In this document: piece after piece, positions 24,794-37,069 of the stretch
Numbering within the stretch: position 1 is the first letter of the stretch
Layout: each line of letters opens with the position of its first letter
From: Pseudovirgaria hyperparasitica
Lineage: Eukaryota
Strand: one strand, 5' to 3'
Assembly (NCBI GenBank): GCA_010093815.1
Contig: ML996565.1
DNA: 64,000 bases
Notes under the pieces: generated by a model
What the model was told of the DNA's origin: nothing
The model's database searches: none
Seen by the model: only the letters and a program-made list of their open reading frames with translations
Program-made: the position numbers and the translations under genes

Positions 24794-27071
24794 ATGTATG
24801 TCCAGCTCTTGGTATTCACTGCAGCAGCAGTCCAGGCATCCCAAACTACTCGCCTTGATAAACGACAGCAGTCCAGCGAGCCATGTGCTGAAGCCGCAAG
24901 TTACATCGAAGTCTCCTCCGGCAGCCCTTCAGGGGACATTCCAGCTGAGATCGCATACGCATGTCTTCAATCAGTTCCAGTGGATACGGATACCGATATC
25001 CAGCTCATAGATGAGTACAAAATTTTTGTCGAGTGGCAATCAACGTTGTCTTACCTCAAAGATCCCCCGGCAGGCTATGACAACCCTGCGGTAGATGTGA
25101 TGGGAAGCCTGGACAGCATCAAGCAAAAGCTCCAAGGTAGCGAGTACGGTAATGAATACGACGTACAAAACGACATATGGCGCATGGTAGCCTCTACACA
25201 CGACGGGCACTTCAACTATGACGCAGATATCTTGAACGTGTTTACCTGGCGCCGGTCGTTCGGTATTCAATCCTTGTCACAGGGAAATGAGGATACACCC
25301 TTGATTTACGCCATCGCCACCGATTCGGGCTCCTTGATTGAGCCAGAGATCACACATATCAACGGCCAAGAAGTAGCCGACTTCCTGAATGATGGGGCCC
25401 AGTGGACTGCTGAGATGGATGCTGATGCACGATATAACACGATGTTTCCTTCTGGTGCTCTCAAGAGCAGCTCACCCGGAGGCTTCCGATTCCCTAGTCA
25501 ATACGTTGGACCATGGACAAATGTGACCTTTGCAGACGGGTCTGAAGGTAGCTATGCGAACATTGCGTCTCCTGCTTCCGGGTCCCGTGCTCCTCAGATT
25601 CAATGGGATAGTGTCACTGATGGACAATCACTTTTCGACGCCTGTTGTGTTCTCAGTACTACTTCTCTTGAGGAAAAACGCAGTGCCCAGAAGCCTATCA
25701 TACATCTCAAAGCACCGAAGCACAACACAGTAATGCCCAAGCGCCAGTCATCTATTACCTCTGAATTCACCTCTGAGCTGGCGTCTCTTGATGGATTCTA
25801 TCTCGACAGCAACCCAGATGTTGCCGTCATCTCAATTCAATCTTTCGGCATACCGGATTCGGTCTCCCTGTCCCACGAAGAGTTCCCCTCCGCCTTCCAA
25901 CAGGAGTTTCTCAGCTTTCTTCAAACCGCCTATTCAGATGGAAGGACAAAAATGATTGTTGATCTTCGCGGCAATGGCGGTGGTGATGGTGTTCTTGCAT
26001 GGGATGCCTTCCGGGCATTCTTCCCCACGACTGAGCCTGCCGACGTCACCCGCTTCCGTGCCAATGATGCGTATCTACTGATAGGTGAGGGAGTCAAAGT
26101 TATCCTTGAAAACGAATCGACGCAACAAAATGCGGGAATTTTATATGATGTACGAGACTGGAACTGGCAAGCAAACCTGAAGCCTGACGGTTCTCACTAC
26201 ACCTCCGCAGAGGAACTCTATGGACCAACAGAGATCCACGGGGATAATTTCACAAACCTAATCCGGCGAGATGTAAGCCACACCCTTTCCACAAACACAG
26301 TATAGGCAGCATGATGCTCATAATTTACAGCTCTCCAACCCGCTCTCCTACGGTGCCGCAAACTTCTCCATCATCGGCTACGGTGCCAACGCCAACGCCG
26401 CAGTACCGCTTTACAACGCCAGCGACATCATCATGCTGCACGACGGAGTCTGCCACTCGACCTGCGCCGCCTTCTCCGAATACATGAAAAACGCTGGCCG
26501 CGTGCGGTCCGTCGTCGTCGGCGGCCGCCCACAATCCGGGCCCATGCAAGCCGTGGCAGGCACAAAGGGCGGCTTCACCTTTCAAGCACCCACAATCCAA
26601 TCCTTTGCCAACGGCACAATCACAGCGCTCGAGCCCATCGACCCCGACAAGGCGCAGGAGCTCGGACAAACGGTCCTGGGCGGGCTTGCGAGCGGCACGA
26701 TTGGCGAGACGCTGGTCAGGCGTCAGGTTAGGGCACAGATGAATTGCGAGGATAATATTCAGCCTGGGGACGAGGAGATGGTTCCGTTGCAGTTTGTCTA
26801 TGAGGCTGCAGATTGCCGGTTGTATTATACTAGGGATATGGCGAGTGATCCGATGGAGGTTTGGCGGAGGACGGCGGGTGCGATGTGGTCCGGGGAGGCT
26901 TGTGTTGCGGATAGTACGAATCATCCGAGCAGTCTGAGTGGTGGCGATAACTATAATGCGGATGGTAGTGATGGTCAGCCGGGTGATACTGGTGCTGGTA
27001 GCGTTATGGGGGCGCCGAGGAGTTTGTTGGGTCTGGTTCTTGCAGTTATGCTGGGGATTAGCATTTTCTAA
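24794..27071 (+). CDS. Secreted, probably GPI-anchored S41-family peptidase
   Basis: Signal peptide; AYACLQSVP; HDGH; IVDLRGNGGG; DGVCHSTC (nucleophile Ser motif); VVVGGRP..GPMQAV; FVYEAADCRLYYT; hydrophobic C-tail; intron 26273-26330. Confidence 0.88.
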
Positions 27072-27831
27072 GATGATGTTCGTATCAAGCGTATAAGCGA
27101 AGCATTCTTTGCAACTATATTGTGATAACTAAATGATACGGCGTGGAACCTGTGGCTAAGTCATCGAGTTGCTACAGTTATAGGTAGTTAACGTCTTCCC
27201 TCCGTTCTTCTACCTTCTATTCAACCGCTTCAACCTGCATCTCATTATGTATGGCACATGCCCATTCTAAGTAAAATTCTTCGGATGACAACATCGCTCA
27301 GCACTACAGCCAACGCAAATCTTATCTCCCTCTATACTTCACCTTCGTGGTCGCTTGATTGATACCTCAGACATTGTTACATTATGGAATGTCGGCTGCT
27401 TTGAAGTATTATTGACAGACCGATCCTGGACTTAAGAATCATCTTATCGTGCTATCTAGACTTACGAAATGCCTTGTCTGAACGTACATAGAGGCTGAAA
27501 GGTGTGGATGCTTGATCAAGTGGAACCTAATCCTCATAAGTCTGTCGAGTTGTGATTGGTGGAATGGGATGTGCAAAGACAGGTGAGAGAGAAGGCGAGG
27601 CTCTGAATATCAATTGTCACGCAGAGTGTGAGGATTTGATTGTTTCATACCATGAGAGAGACTCATACTGAGTTTTTATAAGCCACAAGCCCCTGTGTGA
27701 TCTCCAAAAGTTGGAAGCATAAATAGTCTTCGTATTGTGCGATCACACTAGAGTGTCATCGTACCAACAATTACGCATAAGTGAGTCCACAAAATGGTGT
27801 ATCGCCACGCGCTAGAAACACTCCGCCATAT

Positions 27832-28896
27832 TCACCCCCTCTCCTCCCAATCGCCCGGCCTGTTCATCCACCGCTCATCCCCACCAAGTAACCTAAGCAC
27901 AACCCTCGAGTCCAACCCGCTACACGCCTCATCTCTCTCTGCCTCCTCATAGATCGCCCTACCCACCTCACCCAACACATTCTGCGCGCCCACCCTCTGC
28001 GCCATCTCACCCGCGAGCGCAAAATCCTTCCTCATCAGCTCGACGCCAAACCCATCACGATATCCGCGCGAACTGGGTGCTTCATGCCAGACACCAGGCA
28101 CAGGGCAGAAGCGATCGACGACGGCATTCTGCGCAGTGCTAGCAGCGTACACGCGTGCTAGGACACGAGGGTCGAGGCCTGCTTTCATGCCCATCGTGAA
28201 GGCCTCGCTGGCGGCGATGGCAATGATACCAGAGAGGTAGTTGTTGCTGAGTTTTGCGGCGAGGCCGTAGGTGGGCGCTCCGCAGGGGATGATTTGTGCG
28301 GCGAATGTGGACAACAGAGACATGAGGCGGGGGAGCTGGGGGTCTGTAGGGGCACAGCCAAGGAAGATGGCGAGAGTACCGGAAATAGCGCCGTTGACGC
28401 CGCCGGACACGGGGGCATCGTAGAAGGAGGTGCTTGGAGAGATGGAGGTGATGTGGAAGGCGATTAGGGAGGATGTGGCGGTGTCGATGGTAGAGTGGTC
28501 GATGATGAGTTTGTTCGCTAGACTGCTGGGGGAGGCGCATATGCCGGTTCGAGGGTCGAGGTAGGCATCTCTTACGTGTGCACTTTCTGGGAGCATGGTG
28601 AGGATTATTTCCTGGGAGTTGTGAGTGTGGAGAAGGCTGAAGGTACAGTTGAGTTGAGTTTCTACGTCGTCCCTCAGGGAAAGATCACTTACGCAGTTCT
28701 CCGCTACCTCCTTTGCACTTGCTGCCTTCTTTGAGCGCTCGGCATATTTGCTACAGAACTCATGCAATGAATATTCGAGGATATCATACACCCATATCGT
28801 GCATTCCTTGGGTAATACCTCTGCGAGATGCCCGGCCATTGGTTTGCCCATTGCACCTAGGCCGATGAAGCCAACGGATCTATAATCGAATGCCAT
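27832..28896 (-). CDS. 3-hydroxyisobutyrate dehydrogenase / beta-hydroxyacid dehydrogenase family
   Basis: GFIGLGAMGKPMA Rossmann motif, DAPVSGG, AAKLSNN, GFGVELMRKD; in-frame intron 28612-28692. Confidence 0.9.
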   Translation of the reverse strand: MAFDYRSVGFIGLGAMGKPMAGHLAEVLPKECTIWVYDILEYSLHEFCSKYAERSKKAASAKEVAENCVSDLSLRDDVETQLNCTFSLLHTHNSQEIILTMLPESAHVRDAYLDPRTGICASPSSLANKLIIDHSTIDTATSSLIAFHITSISPSTSFYDAPVSGGVNGAISGTLAIFLGCAPTDPQLPRLMSLLSTFAAQIIPCGAPTYGLAAKLSNNYLSGIIAIAASEAFTMGMKAGLDPRVLARVYAASTAQNAVVDRFCPVPGVWHEAPSSRGYRDGFGVELMRKDFALAGEMAQRVGAQNVLGEVGRAIYEEAERDEACSGLDSRVVLRLLGGDERWMNRPGDWEERG

Positions 28897-29495
28897 CGTA
28901 ATGGTATGACAGATCAGTTTGATAATATCTCTAGGGGTAATTACCAGACTTCTATATAGAGATCAATCGGGATGCAAAAGTAAGTGTACGAGCTATAAAT
29001 ACTCGAATCGGGTTGCGCCGCCCGGAAGGCCATACGGTATATATATATACACGTAGGGCTGCCGAAAGGGACACTAGCAAGGATGCCATGGGACTGCTAA
29101 AGATGGTATCGTGTATCGTGCCATGTGCCGGGATGCTTGACAGAGGCGCAGTACGGCGTATCTTCTTTTTACGTTATGTGTGGTTGTCACAGCCAGAGCA
29201 TTAGACATTAACATTAGAAGATGTGATGAGGTTCGGCAACGTCACGGTTGTTGCGTGGGTGAGCGGCTGATCCGATGACGATCCCGCGATGACGTTAAAG
29301 AGCTGTCAATGGAAGTTGTAGGTCCAGATATCGATCTGAGTAGCTATCCATGCTCAGCTGTCGAGTCTCCTCTACCCCTTGAAAAACTTTTCGACATACA
29401 CTGTACGTTTACGCTATAAGACTCAAACAGCCCTCTCAAATGACATATACTGATAGTTATGCGAGAGTATCAGAATACAGGCTGCCGTTGTCAAA

Positions 29496-29953
29496 ATGTG
29501 TACCGACCCCTCCCTTGATGCCCTCCACAAACAGCTCTTCCTGGCCTGGCCATGCGTCGCAGCGTCGCTGGTGACGAATACGTGAACAAAGCCCTCGAGG
29601 GCGGCTCCTCTAAATTCTCGTGTGCAGGCCAGGAGCTGGTAACAGAATGGTGCTGGGGCTATGCCTGGACGCGTCCTGGGCTGAGCAAGAAACAGCGTAG
29701 TCTGATCAACATCGGTATGCTCATGGCTCTGAATCGAGCACCTGAGCTCGCAGTGCATAACCATGGTGCACGGAACAATGGGTTGAGCGAGCTGGAGATA
29801 CGAGAGGCCATCCTTCATGCTACGGTGTACTGTGGTATGCCGGCTGGTGTGGATGCCATGAAGACGGCAGAGAAGGTGCTGAATGATATGGCAGAAAGAG
29901 GCGAAGCTCCCAGGGAATTGGGGAATAAAGCTCCGGAGATTGAGCAGAAATAG
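29496..29953 (+). CDS. Carboxymuconolactone decarboxylase (CMD/AhpD) family protein; apparent frameshift near 29540
   Basis: QELVTEWCWGYAWTRPGL..KQRSL, ELAVH..GA..NG, HATVYCGMPAG. Likely true start ATG 29496 (MCTDPSLDALHKQLF) is out of frame with the main ORF from 29552. Confidence 0.82.
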
Positions 29954-29977
29954 AGCTGTTCTGCGTGGTATAAGATA

Positions 29978-31030
29978 TCAAGCTTCTTTTCTAGCCGCAG
30001 TCATTTCTTTCTTCCGCTGTAAAAACCTCTCTCTAACCGCGTTGATATCTTCCTTTGTCTTACGGCTCTTCGCGGCATGTTCTCGCTTTCGCTGTTCTTC
30101 GGCCTCGTCATCGGCCGCACGTTTCGTGGCTTGTTCGAGCTGCTCCTCTATCATCTTGGACTGACGCTCACGGACAGCCTTCTGTTGGGATATGCGTCCT
30201 TGATACAGAGGAGTCTTGGTGGTCTGAGTCGAAGCCGAGGCCTTCGCCGTTGATGTAGGCCGAGCAGTGATATTGAGTCCTGCAGAGAGTAACTGACGCT
30301 TATCCACCAGCTGTCCATCCTCATTTAGAACCACCCTAGCACCCTTTTCATTGAGCTCTTTCGCAAGCTCTGTCTCTGTCTTCTCTTTCGGACCCTCGTC
30401 GATCGTGATTCCATCCCTTTGCGCCTTCTCTGCCGCGGCCATAGTCTCTTGATGCCGCTTCTCATCCTGCTCCATGATTGATCGATAGAAACCCGACATC
30501 CCCTTACCCTGCTGTTTCTTCGCCTCAGCCTCTTCCTTTATCTTCTCCTCTTCTTCTGCCTTGCGCATCTGCGCCTGTTGTTCCTTATACGCGCCTGTAA
30601 CGAACTTTTCCTTGTCCGCGAAATCATCGCCTTCTGCCTCCCGCTCCTTCTGCAGCAATTTATCCTTGGCACGCAATTGATCCCGCTCACGCACTTCCGC
30701 AGCCGCAATAAGACCTGTCATGTAACGTGGTTTGCGGAGCGCCGCGTCTTCTTTCTCAGCAGCAATCTTAGCGGCAGACTTGGCGTGCATAGCATCGTAT
30801 GCAGCATCGTAGTCGTAGATGGTAGGATCGAGCTCTTCTACTTTGGGCCCTGATTTTGAAGACTTCGGTTTGCCGGCGAGGTTGCCAAACTGTGATATCG
30901 GCTTCTTCAATCTACTCGAATCAGTAGGTGGGCGCAGAATCTCTTCTTCGTCGTCGCCGAAAAGTGGATTTCTGGGCGCGGCAGGCTGTGATTTCTTAGG
31001 CACGTTCAGGCCATATTTGAGACTCGACAT
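29978..31030 (-). CDS. Nuclear speckle splicing regulatory protein 1 (NSRP1/Ccdc55, DUF2040) homologue
   Basis: MSSLKYGLN start, DPTIYDYDAAYD, KPRYMTGL, EREAEGDDFADKEKFVTGAYK, C-terminal AVRERFLQRK. Confidence 0.88.
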   Translation of the reverse strand: MSSLKYGLNVPKKSQPAAPRNPLFGDDEEEILRPPTDSSRLKKPISQFGNLAGKPKSSKSGPKVEELDPTIYDYDAAYDAMHAKSAAKIAAEKEDAALRKPRYMTGLIAAAEVRERDQLRAKDKLLQKEREAEGDDFADKEKFVTGAYKEQQAQMRKAEEEEKIKEEAEAKKQQGKGMSGFYRSIMEQDEKRHQETMAAAEKAQRDGITIDEGPKEKTETELAKELNEKGARVVLNEDGQLVDKRQLLSAGLNITARPTSTAKASASTQTTKTPLYQGRISQQKAVRERQSKMIEEQLEQATKRAADDEAEEQRKREHAAKSRKTKEDINAVRERFLQRKKEMTAARKEA

Positions 31031-31198
31031 CTTTGCCCCTGCGATAAGGACAAGGCCCGCGATCTTTGTTGTGTTTGAGTACTGTTAGTGTAAACACTTC
31101 GTCACTGAAGCTTCACCTGTAGATCCATAGATTCTCGGGAGTCCGCACAACCGCGCTAGTGGAGCTGCCTCAAATGTTACTGCCTGACTTCTGCCTGA

Positions 31199-32383
31199 AT
31201 GGACTATACTGAGACTGAACACCATCCCCCGGCAATACACAGTACACTGAATGGAACACATAAATCCCCACACCTGGAACGAGCATGTGTCGCAGCTATG
31301 AGCGATTACTCATCTGGCAAGGCGATAGCAACAGCTGAATCCCCAAAATCATCCTCACATCGCCCTAAGTCCAGCAAATTCCGCTTCAAATCTCGCAAAC
31401 GCACTCACTCACCATCCAACGACCTCGCTGCGCATCCCCACCGAAAACGCTCTCACAGATTAGATAAAGAACCCAGTCATGGATCAGAGCGCTCTCCCAG
31501 CCCTCGACGACGCCATCGCCACCACCATCACCACCGCCACAAGTCAAAGAACTACCCCGATTCGTCACCCTATTCACATCTCAAACACTCACCCTCGCCT
31601 TCCTCCGAGTACCGCGCACATGTCGCCGACTCACTCAGCAACGATGATAGCCTTCCCCCAGATGCTGCGTTCCGCGAATCGCTCTTCGATGCCCTGGCCG
31701 ATGACGAGGGTGCGGCGTACTGGGAGTCGTTCTACGGACAGCCCATACATGTATACGGTCGCCCGGGGCAAGGAGACCACAACAGCAGGGATTCTCGCGG
31801 GGCACAAGGAGGACAGGGGGAACTCGAAGCGATGACGGACGAGGAGTATGCCAGCTATGTACGTGCGCGTATGTACGAGCGCACACACCAGCATATCCTC
31901 GAGGAGCGTGCAAGACAAGAGGAAGCACGAAGGGCCAGGAGAGGAGAAGAGAAGCGTGCGCGGGCGTCACATTCGCACCATGCTGACGATGCATTTAGTG
32001 CGCGCGTGGACGAGAGTTTGAGGAGAGGCCAAGAACGGAAAGACCGCGCAAAATGGAGGGATGCTTGGGCCGGGTATCAGGCTGGGTGGGATAAGATCAA
32101 GGGCGCCGCTGGTGCGGAGCAAGAGGAGAGAGTATCGCTGCCCTGGCCGGTACAGTCGGGCAAGATGAAACATGTTTCACCGGACAATGTCAAGGCATTC
32201 ATGGAACATGCACCGCATGGGATGGCACAGATAGCGTTGCTGAAGACAGAGCGTGTACGGTGGCATCCGGATAAAGCTCAGCAGCGCTTCGGTGGCAGAT
32301 TGAATGAAGAGGCGTTGAAAGCTGTAACTGCGGTGTTCCAGATATTGGATCAGATGTGGAACGAGCTGAAGAAATCTGATTAG
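31199..32383 (+). CDS. NF-kappa-B inhibitor-like 1 (NFKBIL1)-like nuclear protein
   Basis: Basic His/Arg-rich N-terminus, AFRESLFDALADDEGAAYWESFYGQPIH, MTDEEYASYVR, LPWP, ERVRWHPDK; start may be 31298. Confidence 0.75.
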   Translation: MDYTETEHHPPAIHSTLNGTHKSPHLERACVAAMSDYSSGKAIATAESPKSSSHRPKSSKFRFKSRKRTHSPSNDLAAHPHRKRSHRLDKEPSHGSERSPSPRRRHRHHHHHRHKSKNYPDSSPYSHLKHSPSPSSEYRAHVADSLSNDDSLPPDAAFRESLFDALADDEGAAYWESFYGQPIHVYGRPGQGDHNSRDSRGAQGGQGELEAMTDEEYASYVRARMYERTHQHILEERARQEEARRARRGEEKRARASHSHHADDAFSARVDESLRRGQERKDRAKWRDAWAGYQAGWDKIKGAAGAEQEERVSLPWPVQSGKMKHVSPDNVKAFMEHAPHGMAQIALLKTERVRWHPDKAQQRFGGRLNEEALKAVTAVFQILDQMWNELKKSD

Positions 32384-32540
32384 CCTGACATTATACTCGC
32401 ATGGCATTTTACATAGAGATACCCCATAGAAGAACAACAACACTGTTTCCACCTTACGTTTGAATATTCAGACCAAATGGTCAAATATCAAGACTGTTTA
32501 TAACGCCACGCTATGCAAAACCAATACTCCCGTTCGTCCA

Positions 32541-34249
32541 TTATGCTCCCTCGCGACCTGGGATGGGTATATCTTCCCAATTCTTCTCGCCCTCGCCTGG
32601 ATTTTCATTAATGACCAACAGCTTCCTCCCGCCACAGAAGCGACCAGGCTCCGTCATCCTCGTAACCTCCTTGAACTCCCCCTTGCCCATCTCACCCTTC
32701 TCGCCATCGTCATACATCCAGACCCACTCCTTACTCTTGTCTCCCGGCTGCTCCAGCCTCCGTGGATTCGGATACGGAAATCCAACCCACCTGTTCGCGA
32801 CATCGTGGACGACAGAGTACAGCCGTTCGAAGCGGCGCGTGAAGCCGAGCCAGGACAGCGTGGTGGAATCGTACGCGACGCGAATGTACGGGTTCATGAC
32901 GATGCCACTACTCAAGTCACCGGCAGAGTTATGCGTCGCGTTTCGACCCTGTGCTGCGAATGTGACATCGGCATGGATAAGGCAGCATTCGCTCGCGTCC
33001 CAGTATGGGTCCGTCTCGTAGCGGAAGCGGACCGGGCGGGGAATTGTCGCGACGGCCTGTGCATCTGCTGCATTGGGGAGTGCCTCAATTGACGATTCGA
33101 GAGAGGATGTGGGTGGAGAGGTAGGGTCGATGGCAGGGACATCATTCTGAAAGAAGCGTGCTTCGAAGGCCGTCATGCCGCCCCAGCAGGCGCGCACGCG
33201 CACCGCATCGCTCTGTGCGAGGACGTCTTTTCGGCTGACGGAGTTCCCGGCGGTTGCGAACCATGGGTAGAAGGGAATGCCCATACTGTATCCCTCGAGG
33301 TCGCGAGTTGCGAAACGGTCGTAGAATTTGAAGGCATTTATAAAGTCGACGGCGCACGCTGCGGCGTATGTCGTGCGGCCAGTCCCAGGGTTCTGCCCCG
33401 TGGACATAAGGAGTTGGACGGCATCTACAGGGTCGAAGACGACGTCATTGACATAAAGAAGCTTATCGTATCTAGTAGTAATGGACTCAAGGGGGCGAAG
33501 GGCACGGTTGCGGACTTCGGCGAGGAATGCGATTCGTTTTATACGTGATTCGCCGCTAGGGAGGGTGACGCGGGAAATGTCTTCGAGGGGAAGGTGTTCA
33601 TTGAGTATGGTATGGTCGACTAAATACGGATCAGTGTTCTGTTACTGTATGGCGGGCTAAGGAAATGCATACATTTGACCATTTCTTTGAATTTGCTTAG
33701 CGCATCTAAAGCATTCGGGTCTGCGTCGTTCTCGTAGATGCTCAGATACACATTTTGTGGTCCTAAAATATCCACCAATTCTAGCATCGCTTTGCCCCAT
33801 AGCCCACCAAGCAGTTCTCCTTCATGATCATATATGCTTGCGGCAATGAATACCTTCTCATTATGAGGGTTTCCTCTTCCAGGCTCCTGACTCCCGGTGC
33901 ATCTTCTTCGTAGCTCGGTATAATGCGGTGGCGGATGCGTGTAGCTTGGGCGAAACACAGCAGTCAAAAGCACAAGCGCAGTAAAGAAGTACGGGGTCCC
34001 AAACAGTACACAATACAAGGTCCGCGATAGCTTTCTCTTCACACCGAATGGCGAGACTAAGAATCCCAGTACGCAGAACAGTGTATACACTATGCGTGAT
34101 GCCCAGGGAGCGAACCATGACGGTCTAGTATTTTGCAACTTGTGTGGAAAGGCAGCTATGAATTCATTTTGCTCAGGGTCGGACTCAATTGATGCGCGAG
34201 GGAGCAGTTCGTAGGACTGTCCTCTGTTGCGGCGAAAGGCGGACGGCAT
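32541..34249 (-). CDS. Glycosyltransferase family 69 (Cap59/Cmt1-like mannosyltransferase)
   Basis: KVFIAA, LGPQNVYLSIYEND, RIAFLAEVRNRALRPL, NDVVF, ACAVDF, FYDRFATRD, VRACWGG, ASECCLIHAD; intron 33620-33672. Confidence 0.88.
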
Positions 34250-34882
34250 GTTGAGAGCTGTACCTTGCGCATGTAAATAAGGTGTGAGCCAATAGAAGGA
34301 ATGGGAATTGAGCTATCGTATACGGTTTGCGCAGGTGGATGGCCACAAGCCATGCCTTCTCGGAAAAGGGCGATGCTGTCCAGTGTTTGAGGGTCCTAGA
34401 CCGCGAGCGCGGAAGTAATATAATTAGGGTTCGGCGTGGGCGGAGGATGGAGGCGCATGAGATATTACGCCCTTGTTAGAGGTTATGTTGTATGATGCTT
34501 GGGAAGAATGCATGATAGATGATAGGCAATATTATATTACAGATTATCGTATCATTATTATTGAGGTCTGTGCGCTCGCTGGTTGGAGCCAAGGACCCTC
34601 GGACCCTCGGGAGTATCAATGTCAACGTCGTCGCTAGAGTAAATGGCAACATTCAACATCGATCAAGTCACGGCCGATTTCATTCATACTTTACAGTTTG
34701 CTACCTCTATTGCCAAATTTTGGGATAAGATCCCTGGTTCTTTCCGCTATGTACTCATATGAGCCTTTCACGAAGTACTTTTACGCTGCCATGCCTTGCT
34801 ATCCCCCCTGTTCACGTACACGAAAGACAACGATGACTGCAATCATCCTCTTATTTATACATTGTGCAATGAATCACAGTGT

Positions 34883-37069
34883 CTAGTCGTCCATATGGGG
34901 TCCACGGGCCAAGGCACAAGGGTCTTCTGGGAAGATGATGTTGCACCTTTCGAAGTTAGGGCTTTCCGTAAGCTGCCGCTTGAATTTGAAGGCATCGTCG
35001 ATCTGTAGGAATCTGAACTCGATCATCTCAGTCTGCAGTAAGTAGGTCAGTACTGTAAATTACACGTCTTATTCTGGCGATGATGTCAGCTTCAGGATTG
35101 CTTACTCCACTTCTTGGCGTCTTGCCCAGCTTGACGATATCAAGCTTGCGTCCGTCTGCCGTTGCGAGTCTCTCGAGCGATCCGATGCCCTTGTCGACAT
35201 CACAGGGACCTATAACTCGGACACATCGTGTTTGATCAGCTGTTGGGTGTAGTCATTCGTAGAAGTTGGTGCTTGGTCAAGTTCGACGTCCACAACTCGG
35301 TCTTCTCCAGGCACCACAATACCGTTCGCCGTGGCTTCATGATATGCTCTACAATCCTTAGCACAAAGGAACTGTATCATTGCCTGGTTAGACCCAAGGT
35401 GATGTTCAATCCTTTCGACGCGGCCGGCCCAGACAAGGCATACTACCTTGTTAGGAGTATACTTGATAGAGAGGTTGGTGAGTTTTACGCGACGAATTTG
35501 CGGACCTTTACCATGATGGTCAGCTATGGTCATAGTGAAATATTAGAAAGTGTAGCTACCATTGTCCCTTAACCGCTGCGTAGGCCATGCAGGAAACCGT
35601 TGTTGGTGCTCAAGAGATTGCTTCTTTTGTTTTATGATAGGAGTATTCCGGTGCATTTCTGTCTCTTGGGGCTTTTGGGGCATTTGGGACATGCCGCACT
35701 GTCCAGAAGCGCCGTTTGGTGCGTCTCGAACAATTGACTGCTTTTCAACATGATTGTTCTTCTTCACAGCTGCCAGGTCAGACATCTTCACCTCGCGTTG
35801 GGCTGTAAAGTGGACCAATTTAGCCTCAAGGCTTTCGACCGTGGTTTGGAATAGCTTGCGAGTCTCGCCTTCGTGTTGGCTCAACAAGCCTGTAATGACC
35901 TCCAGAGACTTTTGGTCTTTCTTGAGCTTCTCGTCGATGACCTTGATTTCGTGCTCGAGGCTGAGTATATAGTCTCCTTGTGCCTTTGCAGGTGTAAGCT
36001 CCAATCTGTTCTTTTCTTCCTCTGCGGCAGCTTCCTCCAACCTTTTCCTTTCTTCCTTTGGCCCAATCTCTGAGACTTGCTTTGCGGTCTGTTCGGCCTT
36101 CTGTGCGACTCGAGCTGCATCAGCGGCGGTAACTACCGTCGGCTTATTTTGCACAACTTGTTGATCCACTGCAGCATTATCCAGGTCAATTTGGTACCGA
36201 GTTACACCGGATTGCTCCTGTTCCTTTCGAAGCTGTCCTGCTTCTTGTTCAAGCTGATGCTGGACACTCGCTTTCACGCTCTCGAATTGGCGAGTTTGAA
36301 CGGCTCGTTCCTTTTCCAACCAAATACTTGGCTTAATTTTCTGTTTGAGGTACTTCGCCTGTTCATATCGCAATTGTGCCTCCATAGTCTTGACAACCTC
36401 TTGTTCTTCCACAGACAGTTCAATATTGCATTTGAATTTGCTCTTCGGGTCCTTGTGGGCTATGACCTCAGTCTGGACTGGTAGGGCAGCCGGTATTGGG
36501 ACCGACTTCGAGGGTGAGATCGATCGTCTAGCCGATGTCTTGCTTTTGAACTTAAGCTGTGCGAGACGCTCACGGATACCTGCACTGGCAGAAGTGCGGT
36601 CGCTGCAGCCCGGAAGGGCATCTGCAATTTTTGGTGAAGCAGTTTGGGAAGCTTGCGGTGAATTCTCCTTCGAAGACACCGTGGTCGGTGCTGCGAGAGA
36701 ACTCGAGCGCAGGGTGAATGCGACTCCTTGAGCTGGCAACTCTGAGTTCTTATGGTCAGACTGACAGAAAGTCGTCGAATTCAGTTCGTCAGAGCCTGAG
36801 TGAAGATCTTGCAGAGAGCTGTCTGGCGAAGGACGAACGTTTTCTAAGTCAGATGTCAGCTCAAGTGGGAAGACGACGTTGTGAAAGTTTCTACCAGAGG
36901 ATACTGCCGGTCTCACAAGAGATGGAGGCGACTGTCCTCCAGGCTGTGTAGAAGTGGAGAATATTGGTGACTTCACATCTGCTTGCAGGGCTTGGGCAAA
37001 CTTTCGGAAGGCTATCTGAGACTCTTCACTGTCCAGATGAGGACCAAGCTTTGCCCACTTCTCTGTCAT
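34883..37069 (-). CDS. Fungal protein with coiled-coil middle and C-terminal tandem RRM-like domains; 1-nt frameshift at about 35218
   Basis: ATG 37069 in gtcaaaATG context; introns 35506-35559 and 35033-35105; RRVKLTNL..VWAGRVE..AMIQF..DCRAYHEATANG; last exon IEFRF..IDDAFKFK..CNIIFPEDPC. Confidence 0.7.

Noticed and set aside
24794..25760. Multiple KR sites suggesting a Kex2-processed repeat peptide precursor
   Set aside because: No repeated peptide units; the sites lie within an ordinary S41 peptidase
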